Source of the DNA: Promethearchaeia archaeon
GTDB taxonomy: Archaea > Asgardarchaeota > Lokiarchaeia > Sigyniarchaeales > SOKP01
Length of the DNA stretch: 64,000 bases
Reading direction: 5' to 3'
NCBI GenBank assembly: GCA_029856125.1
Contig: JAHQWJ010000138.1
Coordinates: 1-64,000, forward strand
Position 1 is the stretch's first letter; the number at the start of each line of letters is the position of its first letter. Positions 29,774 to 40,401 of this stretch are shown in pieces. The notes beneath the pieces are model-generated. The model was not told the DNA's origin. It searched no databases and worked only from the letters and a program-made list of their open reading frames with translations. Made by a program: the position numbers and the translations under genes.

Positions 29774-31030
29774 ATGTTGGATGTAAAAATGATATATTGG
29801 GCTCCATTGTTACATATGTATCAACCCGCTTTTCAGGATATTAGAGTATTGCGGCAAATTGATAAAGAATGCTATAAACCTTTGTTAAAAATGTTTGAGG
29901 AGCATGATAATGTTAAGATCAGTCTTAATATCAATGCAGTTCTCCTAGAAATGTTACATGAATTTGATCTAAGTGATACAATAGAAATTTTACATAATTT
30001 AGAATCGAATAGTAAAATTGAAATTACGGGTACCGCAAAATTCCATCCGATCCTTCCACTTATTCCACAAAATGAAGCTGAACATCAGATAAAAATCAAC
30101 GAACAAGTAATTAAAAAAGAATTTGAACAGTGGGAAAGATTGGGATTTTTCCCTCCTGAAATGTCAATCAGTTCTCAAGTTGCAAAGTATATCCGAGAAA
30201 TAGGGTATAAATGGGTAATTGTAAGCGGTATAGCCTGTCCTGTAGATTGGCCTACTGATCAAATTTATTGCTCCCCCAATGGATTACAGTTATTTTTTAG
30301 AGACGATATTTTGAGTAATAAAGTATCTTTCAACACTATTAATGCTAAAGAATTTGTTGAAAGTTTAAAAGAATTATCGAATTTTCAAGAGAACGGTAGC
30401 GATGAAAAATATGTTATTACAGCCCAAGATGGGGAGACTTTCGGGTGGCACCACAAAAAGTTTGAACGAAAATTTCTTAGTAAAACTCTTGAACTTATTA
30501 ACGATCAGAGTGAAATAAAATTAGAGTTTATTTCCGAATTAGATAAGCATTTTCCAATTCATAAAGAAAGAATAGTTCCAAGAGATTCAAGTTGGAGCAC
30601 TTCTAACAATGATATGGAGGCAGAAATCCCGTATCCTTTGTGGGATCATCCCGATAATAGAGTTCATACATTATATTGGAAAATTGTGAAAAGTTTAAAC
30701 AACCTAATGAACTTATTAGATAATTTAGATCTGAATCAAAATTGGGACGCAGAGAGACACTATAATACTTCCCGGTGGTTTTATGATAGAGGAATATGTT
30801 CCGATACAACTTGGTGGGGGAATCCTAACCGAGGGACTTGGAGTCCAAATTTAATTTACAAAGGAATAGAATTACTTATGAAATCTGCCCTAAACGCCCA
30901 ACTTGCGTTAGTACATGCTAATCAATCCGATATAGCAGAGGGTTACTTCGATTCTATTTCTTTTTACCATAATCTATTGCTCATGGAACTTTATTCAAAA
31001 ACTAAAGAACTTAAGAGAAGAAAGAAATAA
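29774..31030 (+). CDS. Glycoside hydrolase family 57
   Basis: HMYQP, HPILPL, GFFPPE, FRD, AQDGETFG.H, SSWS. Confidence 0.88.
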   Translation: MLDVKMIYWAPLLHMYQPAFQDIRVLRQIDKECYKPLLKMFEEHDNVKISLNINAVLLEMLHEFDLSDTIEILHNLESNSKIEITGTAKFHPILPLIPQNEAEHQIKINEQVIKKEFEQWERLGFFPPEMSISSQVAKYIREIGYKWVIVSGIACPVDWPTDQIYCSPNGLQLFFRDDILSNKVSFNTINAKEFVESLKELSNFQENGSDEKYVITAQDGETFGWHHKKFERKFLSKTLELINDQSEIKLEFISELDKHFPIHKERIVPRDSSWSTSNNDMEAEIPYPLWDHPDNRVHTLYWKIVKSLNNLMNLLDNLDLNQNWDAERHYNTSRWFYDRGICSDTTWWGNPNRGTWSPNLIYKGIELLMKSALNAQLALVHANQSDIAEGYFDSISFYHNLLLMELYSKTKELKRRKK

Positions 31031-31201
31031 AAAGATTCAATCGTAATCGATAAAAGTAATGGTAAAGCGCGCTTAAAGTTTCCCTATTGTCAATATATTG
31101 TTTTAGTTGTACAAAATAACAATAAAATATATAATTTTAAATTTAATATATTAAACTAAGTACGCTTTAGCACAATTAAATTTCTTATTTTATTGAGAGT
31201 A

Positions 31202-32320
31202 ATGTCAAAAGAAACTGAAAAACCTCAGGTAACAAAATTTTGCGTGTATTGTGGAACTACAATCCAAGAGGACTTAGCTTATTGCCCAAATCCTAAATGT
31301 GGGAAATCAGTAGTCAATATTAAACCAAGTAAGGATAAAATCGATCAAGCGAAACCTATGCCAAAACCAATTAAAAAAGAACCTATATCGCGCAAATGTT
31401 CGAATTGTGGATCGATTATAACTTCTATGGTATTAGAACAGTGTCCTATATGTGATTCAAAATTAGAAAAAATTCCTGAACAAGAAATCGCAATCCAAAG
31501 CAAAAAACATCAAAGTAGAATAGGGTATGTATTTAAAAATAAAAAATTGGTTCCAGAACAAAAGTTTGTATTGAAAAAAAGCGAATGGAATTTCAGAGAG
31601 GGGGTAAGGGTATTTAGTAATGCTCTTATGGTATATATCACAGTTCGATTAGTAATTACTATGTTGTTAACTTTACAACTAGGTCCATCTGAAACATTAG
31701 ATTTAAACATGACAACAATTCTCTTAAGTCAAGCTCCGGATATCGTTTTAGGAATCTATCCCTTGTATTATATTTATTCAAAAAGACATAATCTCAAAAA
31801 ATTAGGGGTGATCTTTAATAAAAAATCGTTAGTAATTGCCACTATAGTTGGCATCGCCGGAAGTATTGGATTAGTTTTAATTGATAATTTTTCGTCCCTA
31901 TTAATCGATTTTATGTACAAATCGGGTATAAGTTTCTACGATATCGTTGCCTATTTAGACGAAGAATATCTTGTCCTTCAAAACTCGAATATAATTCAGG
32001 TAATAATACTTATCCTTCTTTTAAGTTTATCAGTAATTTCCACTGAACTAGTATTTAGAGGTGTATTACACAGAACTTTAAAAGCGCATTTTGACAGCAA
32101 ATTTCTGGGAAAATTTTCAGTAATTGTTATCGTAGCCTTGATTTACTCATTTCTGTTTCTATTTTTTACATTACCCGTTGGGATATATTTCTTTTTAGCA
32201 AACTTCATGGTTTCTATATTCTTGGGGGTAGTCTATGAAATTAATAAGAACCTAGTAAGTACAATAATGGCTAGCTTGATTTACAACATTACTCTCATTA
32301 TCTTAATTATCTATTTCTAA
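31202..32320 (+). CDS. Double zinc-ribbon + CPBP/Abi (CAAX protease-like) membrane protein, degenerate catalytic motifs
   Basis: Four Cys pairs followed by TM helices; TELVFRG replaces EExxFRG and the conserved His residues are not seen. Confidence 0.7.
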   Translation: MSKETEKPQVTKFCVYCGTTIQEDLAYCPNPKCGKSVVNIKPSKDKIDQAKPMPKPIKKEPISRKCSNCGSIITSMVLEQCPICDSKLEKIPEQEIAIQSKKHQSRIGYVFKNKKLVPEQKFVLKKSEWNFREGVRVFSNALMVYITVRLVITMLLTLQLGPSETLDLNMTTILLSQAPDIVLGIYPLYYIYSKRHNLKKLGVIFNKKSLVIATIVGIAGSIGLVLIDNFSSLLIDFMYKSGISFYDIVAYLDEEYLVLQNSNIIQVIILILLLSLSVISTELVFRGVLHRTLKAHFDSKFLGKFSVIVIVALIYSFLFLFFTLPVGIYFFLANFMVSIFLGVVYEINKNLVSTIMASLIYNITLIILIIYF

Positions 32321-32438
32321 TTTAAACATAAATCTCCATTATCTTTTAATATATAAATTTAATAATAAGAAAAATCAAATATCTCTAGAGTTATTATTAG
32401 TAACTTATTTTTTTTAAAATACGATAAGAGTCTACAAC

Positions 32439-33170
32439 GTGGAGAAAGAGAGATTGGGTAAAAAATATTATACAAACAAGGGTAGCAAAGATAATATAAT
32501 TATTTCTATTGCAGGAGTACACGGAATTGGAAAAACCACAATCTTTAATCTTTTAAAAAAAAAATTGGGAGATAATAATAAGTTTAAGTTTTTTTCCGAA
32601 AGATACATCAAAATTCCTCCTTTTCCATTTGGTTCCAACGACAAACAAATCGCCTTTCGAAGCGAAATTCACTTTCTCCAACAGCTAATTCGGAGAAACA
32701 AAAATATCACTAATTTTAATAATAATTACAACGGGAGAGTTATTTTTCTAGATCGTACGCCAATCTGCGTGCTAATTTACTCTAAAAGTCTTTACCTTAA
32801 AGAAAAAGACTATAATCTAATCCTTGATATGTATAAGTCAGTTAAGTGGAAAGAAGATTGCATTATATATCTTACTGCTGAAACAGATACTATTTTAAAA
32901 AGAATAATTCAACGAGGTTCAATTGATAATACCAGAAAGGATTGGAATGAAGACGACAAGAAATACCTATTAGAAATTCTCTCCTATTATAATCAATTTC
33001 TGTTTCCTAAAACTCAAACTAAAAAAGTATTTACAATCGATACTAATGATTCAACTGCTGAAAATGTGATAGAGGAGATTAAAAACATAGTTATTGAATT
33101 GTCTGGATACTCCTTCAATAAATATGATATTTCTTCCTCTACACAGAAGATATTAAAAGAATTTATGTAA
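32439..33170 (+). CDS. Deoxynucleoside/thymidylate kinase-like P-loop kinase
   Basis: IAGVHGIGKTT, FLDRT, IYLTA....LKRIIQRG. Confidence 0.78.
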   Translation: MEKERLGKKYYTNKGSKDNIIISIAGVHGIGKTTIFNLLKKKLGDNNKFKFFSERYIKIPPFPFGSNDKQIAFRSEIHFLQQLIRRNKNITNFNNNYNGRVIFLDRTPICVLIYSKSLYLKEKDYNLILDMYKSVKWKEDCIIYLTAETDTILKRIIQRGSIDNTRKDWNEDDKKYLLEILSYYNQFLFPKTQTKKVFTIDTNDSTAENVIEEIKNIVIELSGYSFNKYDISSSTQKILKEFM

Positions 33171-33278
33171 GTAATTATGATAAAATATATTAATGTAAAT
33201 TTTATGATATACATTAAGAGAATTAATATTGTATTGATTCTAATTAATTTTAATATAAAAAAGATTTTGGTGTGAAAT

Positions 33279-34250
33279 GTGTCTCTTGCGCAAGGTATTC
33301 GAGATAATATGATGAAGATTTTAAAATTCGAAGAAGATAAAACAGATTTAGAAAATCTAGCAGTACTTTCGAGAGTTGGTATGAAAGTTGCGTCTGCTTC
33401 TTCTTCTGAGCTCGATGCTGATGCAACATCCGCTTCAAGTACTGCGCTAATTGATTTAGGATTGAGATTAAGCGTAGCGACTGCACACGGCGCCCTAAAA
33501 GAGATAATTCTTCACAATACTTCTGGTTATAGTATAATTCTAGCAATCAACGACGAATATCTAGTGTTTGGTGGGTTAAAAAATGTATATCGAATTGGAT
33601 ATTACCTTGGATATATACGAGAATTAGCTAAAAAATTGAGTCAATTAATTTCAGGAGATGAAATTACTAACATGACACTTTCTTTAGATGATGCTGAAAA
33701 AGCTAAGCTAAATATTGAAGAAGAGGAAGTGACATCAATTATGAAACCTAGCATTGAAGAAGATAAAGCAGCGTTAGATGATTTGCTAGGTTTTTTAGAC
33801 GATTGGGAAAGCGAAGGTGGGGATTTAGAAGATGCCGAAACGGAAGTACAAAATAACATTGTTGCAATTCCAAAATCTGTTGGTTTAGAATACGAAAAAC
33901 AAATGGAAAAAGGTATTGAGGCCTCAGAAACTTCATTAAAGTCAGAAGAGCCATCCCCGATTATTGAGTCGCATTTTAAAGTATACGATGACGAAATACC
34001 TCCTGTTCCGCTTGAGGATTATACTCCTATGGAGATCGAGGAAGACGAAAGCATACATGAGCCTCAAATCGTCCAAGAACAACCTTTACAGGGATCTATT
34101 CCATCGCTCGAGGATCTACCTCCTCCAGATTTTAATATTGATTTTGAAGAAACCGCCACCGAGTACGATACTGAATTTGTACTCGATAAGGAATCCGAAG
34201 CTTTTGAATCCGTTCTAAAAGATTTAGGATGGGACGAGGAAGAAGATTAA
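33279..34250 (+). CDS. Roadblock/LC7 domain protein with a long acidic tail
   Basis: The N-terminal ~125 aa follow the roadblock pattern (AVLSRVGMKVAS, LKEIILH..SGYSIILAI); the remainder is D/E/P-rich. Confidence 0.78.
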   Translation: MSLAQGIRDNMMKILKFEEDKTDLENLAVLSRVGMKVASASSSELDADATSASSTALIDLGLRLSVATAHGALKEIILHNTSGYSIILAINDEYLVFGGLKNVYRIGYYLGYIRELAKKLSQLISGDEITNMTLSLDDAEKAKLNIEEEEVTSIMKPSIEEDKAALDDLLGFLDDWESEGGDLEDAETEVQNNIVAIPKSVGLEYEKQMEKGIEASETSLKSEEPSPIIESHFKVYDDEIPPVPLEDYTPMEIEEDESIHEPQIVQEQPLQGSIPSLEDLPPPDFNIDFEETATEYDTEFVLDKESEAFESVLKDLGWDEEED

Positions 34251-34415
34251 ATTGATTTTTCCAGCAAATCTGTTTAGTAGCTTCTAATTTTCACTATTTA
34301 AATCATCTGTTCTTCTATCATTTTCATCTTTTCAATAAAAATTAAATAGATTTTTATCTAATCTTAATTAACTTTAAATTTATTTAAAAAATAAAAATAA
34401 AAATAGTGAAACGAA

Positions 34416-35780
34416 ATGAATGAAACGGCAAGATTCCAAAGAAACGAGACTACTACTATTAGAAAAATTAATTATGGAGCACCTAGAATTTCAAGCTCCA
34501 TTGTTCTTGGAATTGAACAATTTGCTTTATTTGCGCTGTATTATCTTGGATATGGAGTACCACCACTTCAAGTTGGTTTTGCTCAGTCGATGGGATATCT
34601 TAGCATTGCAGTCTCTCAATTTTTTTTTGGATGGGTAAGTGATGCAAAATATACAAAGTTGGGCAGAAGAAAACCATATATTTTGATATTAGCTCCATTG
34701 CTTGGAATTTCTTTCATATTTCTTTTATTACCTGGCTTCTTTTTACCAGATCTTAGCGATAAAACTGCTCTTTTTGGATGGTTATTAGTTTGGGATATTA
34801 TTTTTAGAATATCATATGCGGTAACAACTCCTTATCAAGCATGGATGGCAGAACAATTTCCTGTGGGGGAGCGGCCAAAGGTTTCTCAATTTCAAAATAT
34901 CTTTGGGTACCTTGGAAATGCAATTATGATTGTTTTTACATTATTGATTTTAACACCTGCATTTGAAGATATTGCTTTAACACCCGAAGTAACACCCATC
35001 CTAGTTTCAGTACCAGTTCTGATATTTGGCCTACTTGTAATTATATTCTACTTATATATCGCCTTAACGATGCCCACAGAGCCAGATTTTAAGAAGGAAT
35101 CAACCGAATCTACGAATTTAATTACAAATTTAAAAATAATAATAAAAAATAAAAATTATTTCTTTATATTATTAATGGCCGGAATATCTAGTTTTGCATG
35201 GTCAATAATTACTACTGTAATGTTAACATTCGTAGAAATCGTATTAGGGTTGAGAGGATTAATATATTATATTGTTGCAGTATTTCTAATAATTGGGTTT
35301 ATCATTTTCTTGTACGTGTGGAGAAGACTTATCCAAACTAAAGGCAAAAAGCAAACGCTTCTGTATTTGTTTATTTTTGCAATAGTTCTTCTACCAACGA
35401 CGTTAATAGGGATGATCCCTCTTGCAGCGAATGCTATTTTTGGAACTATCTTTATTCTTATTATAGCGGCAGTTTTAAGTGGATGGAACCTATTTCCATA
35501 TATATATATGGCAGATTTAGCGGAAGACGACGAAAAACGAACTGGACAGTTAAAAGCAGGAATATATGCTGGGTTCCCCAGTATACTTCTTAATATATTT
35601 CAAGCCTTTGGTCCGCTGGTTATAGGAGTTATTTTATCGTTACAAGATATTACGGTTGGGTCTTCAACTTATTCTTTCGGTTTAGTTTTATGGGGACCAA
35701 TTTGTTCTTTAATACTTATTGTAGCATATTTCTTTACGAAAAAGTTCGTAAAACTTGATTTTGACTGGGAAAAAAAATAA
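34416..35780 (+). CDS. MFS transporter, GPH/MelB-like sugar:cation symporter
   Basis: GWVSD...TKLGRRKPYI, PYQAW..E, ADLAEDDEKRTG...AGIY; about 12 TM segments. Confidence 0.88.
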   Translation: MNETARFQRNETTTIRKINYGAPRISSSIVLGIEQFALFALYYLGYGVPPLQVGFAQSMGYLSIAVSQFFFGWVSDAKYTKLGRRKPYILILAPLLGISFIFLLLPGFFLPDLSDKTALFGWLLVWDIIFRISYAVTTPYQAWMAEQFPVGERPKVSQFQNIFGYLGNAIMIVFTLLILTPAFEDIALTPEVTPILVSVPVLIFGLLVIIFYLYIALTMPTEPDFKKESTESTNLITNLKIIIKNKNYFFILLMAGISSFAWSIITTVMLTFVEIVLGLRGLIYYIVAVFLIIGFIIFLYVWRRLIQTKGKKQTLLYLFIFAIVLLPTTLIGMIPLAANAIFGTIFILIIAAVLSGWNLFPYIYMADLAEDDEKRTGQLKAGIYAGFPSILLNIFQAFGPLVIGVILSLQDITVGSSTYSFGLVLWGPICSLILIVAYFFTKKFVKLDFDWEKK

Positions 35781-35867
35781 TCTATTACTTAAAATCTATA
35801 TTCCTTTTTTTTCATTATCTGAAAGACCAATAAAAACAAAAGTAATACTCAATTATTTTACTAAAGT

Positions 35868-37223
35868 ATGACTATTTTTGACAAAGTTATAGAGATTTAC
35901 CAAGATAAGTATATTTGCTTTCACTGTTTAGGTAGGATGTTTTCCTTATTAGGAACAGACACTACCAATCACGATAGGGGTAATTCTCTTTTACTCGCAA
36001 TCACCATGGATAAACACCGTGCCTATTTATCCCAACAAGACAACCATGATAATGCTAGTCAAATATTAAAATTATTAGCTGAAAAAGCAAAGTATACACC
36101 CGCTCAAAGCGTATTAGAAAAGGAGGGTATTGAATATAGCAAACCTGATTTTGCAGAAAAATGTTATTTGTGTAATGATCTTTTTAACGACATAGGTGTT
36201 TATGCTAAAGGAGCAGAAAAATACTTAAAAGGTATTGAATTCACTAATTTCCTCATAGGTACTGCCCTCGACGCGCAAATTATTAATAAAGAAGATAATT
36301 TCAAAGCCATTCATAATCTTTTGGAAGCTGAATCGTTTAAGAATCATTTTAACCGAGAAGTGGGTAAAGAGTTATCTTTAATATTGAGTAAACCCGCAGA
36401 GTTTAGGATGCCGGATATAACTATTATTTATTCAGTAAAATTTGGCTCCTTCGATATTACTTTACTCTTAAGATCTCTTTTTATCTACAGTAGATATAAC
36501 AAATTTGCTAGAGGAATTCCTCAAACTCATTGGGATTGTCGGTTATGCAGGGGAAAAGGGTGCGAATCCTGTAAATTTACAGGAAAGCAATACAAAACTA
36601 GTGTAGAAGAACTTATCAGCCCGGAATTTGTTAATAAAGCTAAAGCAGATGGCTCAAAGTTTCATGGCGCTGGGAGAGAAGATATTGATGTGAGAATGTT
36701 AGGCACAGGAAGGCCCTTTGTCCTAGAATTAAAAAACCCCAAAATCAGAACTCTGAATTTGAAAAAAATTCAAAATAAAGTAAATAAAAGTAATAAGAAA
36801 AAAATTAAAGTATCAGATTTAATATATAGTAGTAAGGAACGAGTTAAAAATTTGAAACTTAGTGCTGAAAACACAAAGAAAGTCTACGAAGCCATAGTAA
36901 TCTCTAAAGAAAAGATTTCAAAAGACACTTTCGATGTTCTTTTAAAAAAATTGAAGACTGTTTACGAAAAACAAAAACTTCAACAAAGAACACCAATAAG
37001 GGTATCCCATCGTCGTGCAGATAAGATAAGAGAAAAAAAGATTTTTCGAGTAGAAGGCAAATTCATTAAACCAAATGTTTCAGAATTCATCGTAGAAGCT
37101 CAAGGTGGAACATATATTAAAGAACTTATAAGTGGTGATAATGGAAGAACAACACCCTCTTTCTCTGATGTATACGGATTCTCTTTAGAATGTAAAAAAT
37201 TAGATGTTCTTGAAATATATTAA
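35868..37223 (+). CDS. pus10: tRNA pseudouridine(54/55) synthase Pus10
   Basis: C.HCLGR, FHGAGREDIDVRMLGTGRPF, QRTP.RV.HRRAD, GGTYIKEL.SGD.GRT.PS. Confidence 0.96.
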   Translation: MTIFDKVIEIYQDKYICFHCLGRMFSLLGTDTTNHDRGNSLLLAITMDKHRAYLSQQDNHDNASQILKLLAEKAKYTPAQSVLEKEGIEYSKPDFAEKCYLCNDLFNDIGVYAKGAEKYLKGIEFTNFLIGTALDAQIINKEDNFKAIHNLLEAESFKNHFNREVGKELSLILSKPAEFRMPDITIIYSVKFGSFDITLLLRSLFIYSRYNKFARGIPQTHWDCRLCRGKGCESCKFTGKQYKTSVEELISPEFVNKAKADGSKFHGAGREDIDVRMLGTGRPFVLELKNPKIRTLNLKKIQNKVNKSNKKKIKVSDLIYSSKERVKNLKLSAENTKKVYEAIVISKEKISKDTFDVLLKKLKTVYEKQKLQQRTPIRVSHRRADKIREKKIFRVEGKFIKPNVSEFIVEAQGGTYIKELISGDNGRTTPSFSDVYGFSLECKKLDVLEIY

Positions 37224-37316
37224 TTCTCTTGTTAAAGAAGTGAAATCAAAAAATAAATAAATTATTATAAATTAAATAAATTATCAATACAATTCAAAAT
37301 AGTTTAGGGAATTAAT

Positions 37317-37622
37317 TTGACATTACATAAAGGTTACCGGAACAAGTCTCGCCAAAGACACCGAAAAAACGTAAGAGACCGGGGCTTAGGTTCCATTGAG
37401 AAATATTTAATTGATTATGAAATAAATGATAAAGTAGACGTTATTACCGATCCTTCTCAGCATAAAAGAGGATTTCCTCACAGGAGATATCATGGAAAAA
37501 CCGGAACCGTTAAGGGTATACGAGGAAGGTGCTACGAAGTTGAAGTTAAATTAGGCAATTCAAAGAAACTTCTTATCATTGGCAAAGAACACTTACGTTC
37601 TAATAAAGGTTCAGCCCAATAA
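37317..37622 (+). CDS. rpl21e: 50S ribosomal protein L21e
   Basis: KGYR..SR, PHRRYHGKTG.V.G.RG, EHL; conserved position after pus10. Confidence 0.95.
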   Translation: MTLHKGYRNKSRQRHRKNVRDRGLGSIEKYLIDYEINDKVDVITDPSQHKRGFPHRRYHGKTGTVKGIRGRCYEVEVKLGNSKKLLIIGKEHLRSNKGSAQ

Positions 37623-37654
37623 CGCATTTATCAATTTGAGGGGAGAAAAAATAT

Positions 37655-38020
37655 ATGTCTGGACGCAAAATTAATGAAAAAACTGTTTCTATACCAGAAG
37701 TAAAAAAAATTATGGAAGCTGTCAAGGAGAAAATCGAAAAAATTGACAGTGAAGAAGGTTTATCTCACTTTCAAGAAATTACTTATAATTATGTTAACAA
37801 ATTTTCTAAAATGAGTGAAAAAGATGCGATAAAAGTTCAGAAATTGTTAATTGAGAAGTACGAAATCGAAGAAAATTACGCAATAACCATTGTAAACATT
37901 GATCCACACACAGTTCCGGAACTTAGAATGATCTTAGAGAAAAGTTTTACTGGAAAATCGTTAAATGACGAACAATTACAAGATCTTTTAGCGCAAATAG
38001 AAGAACTTAAATCTTCTTAA
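37655..38020 (+). CDS. rpoF: RNA polymerase subunit F (Rpo4)
   Basis: VSIPEVK, YVNKFSK, IVNI.P....ELR; conserved synteny. Confidence 0.9.
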   Translation: MSGRKINEKTVSIPEVKKIMEAVKEKIEKIDSEEGLSHFQEITYNYVNKFSKMSEKDAIKVQKLLIEKYEIEENYAITIVNIDPHTVPELRMILEKSFTGKSLNDEQLQDLLAQIEELKSS

Positions 38021-38175
38021 AAAAAAATAAGTTATAAATTTTTTTAAAAGCGTATTAAACAACGAAGAATTTATAAATTCTTATTGTTTTAAATTTTAAT
38101 GAGCAATCCTTGTTAAAAAAGGAATATATTAAAAATAATATATTATGCACTTCAGGATAGTAAATAATTATAAGA

Positions 38176-38841
38176 GTGGTTGGTATGGACAGGAATCGGG
38201 ATCGAGATCGATACAGAAGGCCTCCTCAAAGACCCAGATATCAAAGAAGAGACCCAAGAAAAAAGAAACAATTCATCAAGAAGTTTCGAGAACTTGTCGT
38301 CTTAGATTTATTACTCCATGGTCATCCTGAAGAAGATAAACCAAGCTGGTCAAAAACTCCAATTGCACAAGTACTTACTTTTCCAGATTTTGTATTATAT
38401 GAAGTTAAATGCAACAGAGATTCAGATATAAAGATACAAGAAAAAGGATTGTATGAGGGCTTTCAGCAACAAAATAAGTTGAGGGAAGTTTTAAAAAAAA
38501 TTAATTATCAAGACCTTACAAATACAGCAAAAGCCCTAATTCAACCGATACTTGAAAAAGAAATATTAAATTATGAGGAGGAATTCATAAACTTCTTTAA
38601 TAACTCCACTTCTATAACTCCCCGAATGCATTCTCTTAAATTATTGCCTGGAATAGGACAGAAACATATGTGGGATATACTAGAATCTAGACAAAGACAA
38701 AAATTCACTACTTTTCAAGATATTTCTGATCGGACGAGCTTATCGCATCCAGCAAAACAACTTACTTTAAGAATCATTAAAGAACTGAAACGTGAGGGAA
38801 TAAAGTACTACTTGTTCTCGAAGACTCAAAAATACGAATGA
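38176..38841 (+). CDS. DUF655 putative nucleic-acid-binding protein
   Basis: VLD.L.HG, FFN....ITPRMHSLKLLPGIGQKHMW, KYYLF; conserved synteny. Confidence 0.88.
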   Translation: MVGMDRNRDRDRYRRPPQRPRYQRRDPRKKKQFIKKFRELVVLDLLLHGHPEEDKPSWSKTPIAQVLTFPDFVLYEVKCNRDSDIKIQEKGLYEGFQQQNKLREVLKKINYQDLTNTAKALIQPILEKEILNYEEEFINFFNNSTSITPRMHSLKLLPGIGQKHMWDILESRQRQKFTTFQDISDRTSLSHPAKQLTLRIIKELKREGIKYYLFSKTQKYE

Positions 38842-39695
38842 ATAATATGAATAAAAGCGAAGTTTTACTTATTTTAAAACAATTAGGAATTAGACCAAAA
38901 AAAAATCTAGGTCAAAACTTTCTCATCAATAAAAATACTGTTTCTAAAATAATCTTAGAATCACACATTAAAATAACACAATCAATTTTAGAAATAGGAC
39001 CCGGTTTAGGGGCACTGACTGAAGATTTGGTCAAAAAATCAAACCAAATCTATGCTTATGAAATAGATTCTGTTTTGTTTTCTTATCTTTCAAATAAGTT
39101 TTCCAGCTATGAAAATTTAAAGCTATTTAACGAAGATATTCTAAAAGCGAAAATTCCTTTGCACGATCTTATAATTTCAAATATACCTTATTCTATTACA
39201 GGTCCTATATTTGAAAAAGTTTTTTATAACGCACAACCTCCGCGTGGTGCTTTAGTAATTGAAAATAGTATTGCCGAAAGACTTTTTAATAAAAAAAGTT
39301 ATAAATCCTTCTCAAGAATAACTGTTACCTTTAACGCTTTCATGAAACCAGTGAGAAAATTTAAGATTTCTAGATTTGATTTTTTTCCCCCTCCTAAAAT
39401 TGAATTAGCTTTAGTTATTGTCGAGCCTAGAAAGGATATCGATAAATTGTTATTATCCGATGATGGGAGGACCTTCTTCTTAAAGTTTGTTGCTGGAATA
39501 ATGCCCTATAAAAATAAAAATATGGCAAATACATTATATTATTTCATAAAAAATGATAAAAATTTTACATACTCAAAACAACATATCGAAGATTTTTTGC
39601 ATGAAAATCAAATAAAAAATGATAAACTAGCTAGTTTTAGTGTGGATGAAATCGTTGAATTAAGTAGCAAGTTTTTTACATTCATAAACAACTAA
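38838..39695 (+). CDS. rsmA: 16S rRNA adenine dimethyltransferase KsgA/Dim1
   Basis: LGQNFL, LEIGPGLGALT, EID, SNIPYSIT, F.PPPK. Confidence 0.94.
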   Translation: MNNMNKSEVLLILKQLGIRPKKNLGQNFLINKNTVSKIILESHIKITQSILEIGPGLGALTEDLVKKSNQIYAYEIDSVLFSYLSNKFSSYENLKLFNEDILKAKIPLHDLIISNIPYSITGPIFEKVFYNAQPPRGALVIENSIAERLFNKKSYKSFSRITVTFNAFMKPVRKFKISRFDFFPPPKIELALVIVEPRKDIDKLLLSDDGRTFFLKFVAGIMPYKNKNMANTLYYFIKNDKNFTYSKQHIEDFLHENQIKNDKLASFSVDEIVELSSKFFTFINN

Positions 39696-39705
39696 TTCTA
39701 TTCAG

Positions 39706-40398
39706 ATGGTGAAAAATATTAATTCTTTTCCAGATCCAAGTATTCTTTATACTTTTGATGAAGTATATCCTCCTTCCGATGATACATATTTAATTATTGA
39801 TTATTTTAAAAAAGAAATTAACGAAAACTTCTTTGATGGCTTACCAATCAATAGTATTAAAAAGATCTTAGATATGGGAACTGGAACTGGGATAATCGCT
39901 TTATTCTTTCAAGAAATTAAAAAATATTTATCAAATTTCACATCCAAAATATATGCATCAGACATATCAGATGCAGCTATTAGATGTGCTACGTTAAATG
40001 AAAAAACAATTAATTACAAAAATAATATTAACTTTATCAAATCTGATCTATTTAGAAAATTTCCGCCAAATCTTCAACAATCGTTTGATATTATTGTTTT
40101 TAATCCACCTTATTTACCCTCTATTAGTGATAAAGAAAATAATATCATTCGTAGGCGTAGTGATTCTAATTGGGATGGAGGAGAGCGTGGTTTTGAAGTT
40201 TTCCTTGAATTTTTAAGACAAGTAAAAGATTTTCTAAATTCAGAACAGAAATATTATATTTATTATATCAGTTCAAGTTCAACGGATTTAAGTGAGTTAA
40301 ACGAAGAACTGGAAATACTAGGGTTTCAGAATAGTGTTTTAAATAAAAGGCATATATTTTTCGAAGATATAATATTGAATCGACTGGAAGAACTCTAA
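39706..40398 (+). CDS. HemK2/Mtq2-like release-factor glutamine methyltransferase
   Basis: VYPPSDDTYL, LDMGTGTG, FNPPYLP, WDGG..G. Confidence 0.88.
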   Translation: MVKNINSFPDPSILYTFDEVYPPSDDTYLIIDYFKKEINENFFDGLPINSIKKILDMGTGTGIIALFFQEIKKYLSNFTSKIYASDISDAAIRCATLNEKTINYKNNINFIKSDLFRKFPPNLQQSFDIIVFNPPYLPSISDKENNIIRRRSDSNWDGGERGFEVFLEFLRQVKDFLNSEQKYYIYYISSSSTDLSELNEELEILGFQNSVLNKRHIFFEDIILNRLEEL

Positions 40399-40401
40399 AG
40401 T

